Source: Octopus sinensis
Lineage: Eukaryota
DNA: 64,000 nucleotides
NCBI RefSeq assembly: GCF_006345805.1
Contig: NC_042997.1
Span: forward strand, 2,170,001-2,234,000
Direction of reading: 5' to 3'
Made by a program: the position numbers and the translations under genes. The notes under the pieces were generated by a model that was given only the letters and a program-made list of their open reading frames with translations, ran no database searches and had not been told where the DNA came from. This document shows positions 57,282-64,000 of this stretch, one piece after another; the first letter of the stretch is position 1, and every line of letters starts with the position of its first letter.

Positions 57282-59109
57282 TGCAACTGATTAAAATGTA
57301 CATTTCTCTATATGAATATATATTCAAATTAGGAACAATTAAATTATGCAAAAAGCATATAATCTATCGCACAGGGGTAGAAACAGTAACATATTCTATT
57401 GAACAAGTTTTGAATAGTGTTTAGAAGTTGAAATTCTCGTATATTATGCTTTCCACACATTTCCAAATCTGAATAATTATTTCAAGTATATAATTTTATT
57501 TCTTTGAGATAAAAAAAAGTTGAAAATATTATTAGCCAAAACTGAATAAAAAATATAAAAGGAATAAATTATAACCTCTCTGAATTTGTTCTTTTAGTAT
57601 ATATCTGTGAAGTGGTTACTTTTCTCCTCTTGGTGGTAATGATCGAAGCATCTAACACTTTCAAATTTTTGATTCTACATTTTAGATGTTTATAAATTAA
57701 TAAACATAAATATTTGAAAAATAATTCTGAAAAAGGAATTTTATTCAATCTTTTTATCATTCAATGTTTTTACCATTCGAAATAAAATAAAATCAATGCA
57801 ATGTATATTATAAAAATCTTTTTTTCTTTCCGTTTGCATTGATCTGAAATGCGTAAATTAAGTGAATCAAAACATTATGTGAGTGGCATTTTAATTAGAA
57901 AGTGAAGAGTGTATGCTGGGACACAAACAACGAAACGAATCCAAATTCGATTTGTTAATAGAAAGGATAGAATAGTACATTTCTGGTTATTTCATAGGAG
58001 ATCGTATACCTTGTTATTTTGCAGAATACCTACTTTTGGCCGTCGTATATTTTTCAGGTGTATATTTCATCTGTGACTCCATTATCTATTTTAAAGTGTT
58101 GGGTATGAGTCGATGGACACTAGATTAATATTTCTAGTGATTAAGTGGACATGTAGAAATATTATATATTCTACATAGTATTCATGGTTTAGTGTATAAA
58201 TCTAACTTATTTCTTGAATTAGAACAGAAAAAAATAATAAATCACAGGAGTGTTAAACGAAGTGTAAGCTTTGTAATAGTGTGATATTTCAATGTGTGCG
58301 AATTTATCTAAGAATAGCTTTGATTGCAGAATTTCTTCGTAAAATCAATAATTGCACTTAACCTGTAGTTTGATAGAAACACCCAAGAAGAAAGGTGTTC
58401 TAATTAAACCAAATAAAAAATATATTTTAAAATAAAGTTTAATATGTTAGGGACTTTTCTTTTTCTCCTTTTTGCAGTAATTTAACACCTCGACTTTGTG
58501 GAATGAAAATTCTATAGCACAATCCACATTATGGATTTAGGACAGAAAAAGATCCTATATTACATTTAGTATAGGAATATACGTTTGGAAATTAAGATGA
58601 TCGTAAATTATTTACTACATGCTTAATCGTAGCTATTATCATCATTACCCATAATTTTCATCATCATCATTGTCATCATCCTCGACATCACCATCACAAT
58701 CATTCTCACCAACACCAACACCACCAAAACAATCATCACCCCCACCCCCACCACCACCAGCAACAACAACAACAACAAAAAAAACAGCAACAACGACAAC
58801 TTTATCATCATCATGAGCAGTATCATTATCATTATCATCACCATCATCATTGTCGTCGTCGTCATCATCATCATCATCATCACCATCATCATCATCATCC
58901 CCATCTTGTTATGAACGCTTTCTAAACTAGCGTGTCCGTCAATTCTAGTGAAACATTATTTGAGGTTATTGCCCCACTTCACACATCGGAAGGCTGTGTC
59001 ACATTTCCCGTTCTATATGCTGCATGGTTGAATAAACTACCGAAATCCAAACACCTTACGGGAGATACTGGATGGAGTTCCGTCAGTAATGGTATTAATG
59101 CGGCTGTTA

Positions 59110-60948
59110 CCTCCTTGAAATGGCCAACAGTGCTACAGCTCCAAACAAAAGAGGGACTCATGAAAACCAAAGCCATCCCCATTAGAAGAGGAATATTCCA
59201 GGGAGACACGCTCTCTCCACTTCTTTTCTGCTGGCACTGTCACCTCTATCTGATATGTTAAATAGAACTTGATGCGGATATAAATGTTACGGCAAAACGA
59301 TCACCCATCTTTTATATATGGATGACATAAAACTATACGCTGCAAATGACAAACAGCTGGAAACACAATTAAAGACAATTAACGGATTTACCAAAGAAAT
59401 AGATATGAAATTTGGATTAGAGAAATGCGCCAAAATAACCCTGAAAAGAGGAAAACTAGTTAAGAGTAGCAACATCACACTAGATAAAACCAATGAAATA
59501 AAAGAATTAGACCAAAGCCAAACTTACAAATACTTAGGAATCCATGAACTAGATAAGACACAACACACACAAATGAAACAGAAAATAAAAAAAGAATATT
59601 ATAGTTCAATGTTAAAAGCAAGATAATAGGTATTAACACTCTAGCTGTCCCAGTTATAAATTACAGCTACAATATCCTTAACTGGACACTAAATGAACTG
59701 ACTAAAATAGATAGGAAAACATGAAAAATAATGACAAGATGTAGGAGGCATCACCCAAAATCTGACATAGAAAGACTATATATACAACGTATAGAAGGTG
59801 GTAGAGGCATTTTACAGCTGGAAAACTTCTATAAAATAACCACCATAGGACTGCAAAAATATTTACTTCAGAAGGAAGGAAAACTGATACAAATAGCGGC
59901 AAAACACGAGCAAATAACTGTTCTCAGTATTTAAGGAAGCTGACAAATACAAACAAGAAATCATACCACCTAATAAATATGAAGAAGAAGAAGAAGAAGA
60001 TGAAGAAACAACAAAAGCTATAAAACAAATGAAATCCAAACTAAAACTAGAACAGCAAAGAAACATGATAAAACGATGGCAAGAAAAGCCCCTTCATGGT
60101 AAATACTGGACTAAACTAAATGCAAAAGAATTAGACAAAGAAAAATCCCAGCAATGGTTGAGAAGCTCAGGACTCAAAGCAGAGACAGAGGGAATTTTAA
60201 TTGCAGCACAAGACCAAAGCCTCCCCACCAGAATTTACCAAAAACATGTAATGAAAAGAAATATGACAAGTAACTGCAGAATATGTGGAGATGGACAAGA
60301 AAGAATAAATCATATTATCTCTGGCTGCCCAGTCCTGGCTAAGAAGGAATATATTCACAGACATGACAGAGTTGGAACCAACATACACTGGAAGCTATGC
60401 CAACATTATGGAATAACAACAGAAAAAAGATGGTATAGGCACACACCAGAAAAGGTCACAGAAAACGAGAAAGCAACCATACTCCTGGATATGCCGATAC
60501 ACACAGATAAAGAAATTAAGGCCAACAGACCAGATATAGTTGTCAGAGATCATGAAGAAAAAATGCTTTCTAATTGATGTATCAATACCGGCAGATGAAA
60601 ACGTGTCTCTAAAAGAAATGGAGAAACTTTTAAAATACAAAGACCTGGAAATAGAGGTAACCAGAATGTGGAATATAAAAAAAGAAACAATTCCTATCAC
60701 AATAGGTGCATTAGGCATGATAAAAAAATTATTCAGACAAATACATAACAAAAACACCAGGACTTACAAACACATATAAAATACAGAAAATTGCACTACT
60801 AGGCACTATACACATCCTACACAGAACACTTTCCGTACAATAACCATCAGAGCATCACAACAAATCACAGCACATACCCACAGCTCACAGAGCTGCGCTC
60901 GGTAGTGAAGTGAACGCACACTATAAAAATAAAACTACTGAAAAATAC
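59110..60948 (+). mobile_element. 5'-truncated R4/Dong-like non-LTR retrotransposon (RT, CCHC knuckle, PD-(D/E)xK RLE) ending in (AAT)n
   Basis: RGIFQGDTLSPLLF, YMDDIKLY, FGLEKC, YKYLGI, CRICG..ERINHIISGC and RPDIVVRD..IDVSIP, with multiple frameshifts. Confidence 0.92.
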
Positions 60949-60959
60949 TAATAATAATA

Positions 60960-61019
<60 letters not shown>

Positions 61020-61027
61020 TAATAATG

Positions 61028-61090
<63 letters not shown>

Positions 61091-61104
61091 TAATAATAAT
61101 AATC

Positions 61105-61651
61105 GTAATAGACACAGTACCAGGCAGTGGCTCTCATGGCTTCTGATCTTAACTGCTGGAAGTGTTATCATGTACATTAATTTGTCTTGGTATAAAAGAT
61201 GGGCTACAGCAAATATGCTGCTCAATACCACAGATTCGCTTGTCAGTTGTGTGGCATTCACAAGTTGAGCATGTCCCTTAGTAGCTGACGATGTGTGCGT
61301 CTCTGATCACGGAGCAGAAGTAGTGGGGAGCATCATAGCCATGTGTTGAAAGGGATTCTTTGGGGTTTGAATCATTCACCTCTGGAAACATGGGTGCCTC
61401 GTTCAACTTACTTAAACGACCCTTATTCAGGTACCTTTTGAGCAGGATGATTTACTCGACCAGAAGAAAATCCTAACTGGGCTCCACCTGAAAGGTCAAG
61501 GGCTGTTTATCTTGATATGAGATCACCAGGTTTCGCACATATAGTTCTAATGCATGTGCCTAGTGGACCCTTATCAGACGGGTAATCATGATCGGTATAC
61601 TGGGCTTCGTATATACGTATCACTTTGATGGTATGCACTGCCCTCTCACCC

Positions 61652-61652
<1 letters not shown>
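61105..61652. mobile_element. Most complete copy of the ~540-bp (AAT)n-associated element
   Basis: Both ends abut (AAT)n. No coding frame. Confidence 0.85.
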
Positions 61653-61682
<30 letters not shown>

Positions 61683-61768
61683 TTGATAATAATAATGATG
61701 ATAATTATAATAACAACAACAACAATAACAATAATAATGATAATAACAGCAACAACAAAAGCAACAAC

Positions 61769-61834
<66 letters not shown>

Positions 61835-61985
61835 AAGAAGAACAACAACAACAACAACAACAACAAGAAGAACAAGAACAAGAAGAAAAAGAAGAACAAG
61901 AAGAAGAAGAAAAGGATACTTAAGTTGAAGAAAGCGATTCGATTTTGAGATATTTTATTAGTTGAACGATATTTCAACAGTATGT

Positions 61986-62698
61986 CTGTCTTTGTCAAGT
62001 TCAAAATAAGAGGTGATAAAAATTCAAATTTATAGAAATTTAAACGTAAAGTAAGAACTAGAGCAACCAGCCTCCACACGTTGATGGAATGACATCATCA
62101 GTTTTTAAGTTACAATTTTATAAAAGGCGAAAAGAAAAAGATAGAAAAACAGAGAAAATAAGACCACAGAAAACAAGGAAAGAAAAAGAGAGAAAGAAGA
62201 ATATTTAATCAAACAGTTTTGTATAAATTTGATGATATTCCCCTGTCATCTTATTGATTCCTCCAGGGCGTGATGTTAATTACCCGCAAACATATTTCTC
62301 CTCATCCATTCTTCCATTCTGAGAATTGAAACTGAAACAGAATACCTTCTGAAAATATACACATTCAAGTCTTCTTCATAAGGGGGAATATGTTTGCGGG
62401 TTATTAATATCACGCCCTGGATGAATGAATATGATGACAGGAGAATATCACTAAATTTATACAAAACTGTTTGATTAAATATTCTTCTTTCTCTCTTTTT
62501 CTTTCTTTTTTTCTGTCATCTTCTTTTTCTGTTTTTTTCTATCTTTTCCTTTTTGCCTTTTATAAAAATTATAACTTAAAAACTGATGATGTCATTCTAT
62601 CAATGTGTGGGCGCTGGTTGCTCTCGTTCATATTTTACGTTTAAATTTCTGTAATTTTGAATTTTTATCACTGCTTATTTGGAGCTTGACAAAAACAG
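61986..62698. mobile_element. Foldback element with ~311-bp imperfect arms and a 90-bp spacer
   Basis: 61986-62296 is the reverse complement of 62387-62698. Confidence 0.9.
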
Positions 62699-62845
62699 TA
62701 TACCTTTGTGAAGAGTTTCGTCAATCCTTTTTAATATATAATACTACTACTACTACTACTACTACTAATAATAATAATAATGATGATGATGATGATGATG
62801 AGGATGAGGATGATGATGATGATGATGATGATGCTGCTGCTTCTG

Positions 62846-62919
<74 letters not shown>

Positions 62920-62934
62920 AACAACAACTATTGG

Positions 62935-63954
62935 CAGAGGATTATCTGAGTGAATTCCAAATGCAACAAATTCCAGAAATAGAAGTACTCGAAACAAGCA
63001 GAGAAAAGGCTAAGCGTATGAAAACCTGTGCTTTAGATATTGTTACAAATAAATGGCAAGAAAAGCCTCTCAATGGCAAATATCCAAAGAGACCTAGTAG
63101 TGCAGATGTTGACAAAGCCCTTACTATCAATGGTTTGTGCCCTCTGGCTTAAAATCAGAAACAGAAGGGTTTATCATAGCAGCCAAAGATCAATGACTAC
63201 CTACAAGGAACTACCAGGCTAACATATTAAAGAACAGCAGTAGCCCAACATGTGATTCTCAACTACAAAATGAAGCCATTGATAATGTTGTCTCCATGTG
63301 CAGTCTTCTTGTGCCTACAGAGTATCTCAACATGCATGATAAAGCAGTACAGTGTATTCACTGGGTAATCTGCAAAAACCTGGAACTACCACAAGATAAA
63401 AACAGTTTGGAACACAAATCACTCCCAGTGGAACTTTGCCATAGCAACTGACAGAAAGATACGAATAGGTCAGACATTATACTGAAAGACTTAAGACAAA
63501 AATCATACCACCTCGTTGATATGACTGTCCTAATCGACATAAATGTATTTGTGATGTCCTACTGAGCAAGTCTTGAAATAGAAATTGGCAAAATGTAGAG
63601 CCTCATGACAAAACACTACTTGTTGTCATAAGTGTCCAAGGAATCGTAGCAAAAAGAGCTTATTGCTACCTAGCTTAGATACCAGAAAACACCAAAATGG
63701 CAGAAATTCAGAAGACAGTGTTCATAAGAACTGCCCATATCTTACATAAAATACTGTGTATGTAATCTCAAATTATAAAACACAATCATGATTTTCTTAC
63801 TTTTTCTTAAACATTATTGAGAACAATACTATGCACAAAACCAATTATATAACACCATAGGCATAACACTATCATGAAATTCTAACTTGTTGTTTCTTGA
63901 GGTCTCTGTGTGAGACCTGGAGCCAACATGTACAAGTACAAAGCAAAGGCCAAA
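62935..63954 (+). mobile_element. Second, older R4/Dong-like family, 3' portion ending in (AAT)n
   Basis: KWQEKPLNGKYP, LKSETEGFIIAAKDQ, HDKAVQCIHWVICKNL and NRSDIILKD..LVDM. Confidence 0.85.
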
Positions 63955-64000
63955 TATAATAATAATAATAATAATAATAATATTAATAATAATAATAATA

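Overview
AT-rich, microsatellite-dense animal genomic DNA. The SINE and repeat families resemble those of coleoid cephalopods such as Octopus; this is inference from recalled repeat motifs, not a search. I find no host protein-coding exon or intact gene. Nearly all long ORFs in the track are translated (TA)n/(CA)n/(AAT)n tracts or decayed transposon frames. The window is a mosaic of dead elements: Penelope-like (PLE, RT + GIY-YIG) fragments, R4/Dong-like RLE LINEs ending in (AAT)n, RTE LINEs, an L1/Tx1-like ORF1 remnant, Tc1/mariner copies, several tRNA-headed SINE families and at least five foldback/MITE elements. The standout signal is a set of type I hammerhead-ribozyme-bearing repeats inserted into (TA)n tracts. 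These are a 404-bp dimer (3.3-4.05 kb), a ~484-bp x5.75 array with six identical hammerheads (49.4-52.2 kb), a ~481-bp unit folded into a 1.07-kb palindrome (52.3-53.5 kb) and further single motifs (13.4, 31.5, 36.6 kb). Each has a short palindromic or near-palindromic helix III. This fits non-LTR retrozymes (self-cleaving, potentially circular RNAs mobilised in trans, probably by PLEs). Self-cleavage, circularisation and mobiliser identity are untested inferences.
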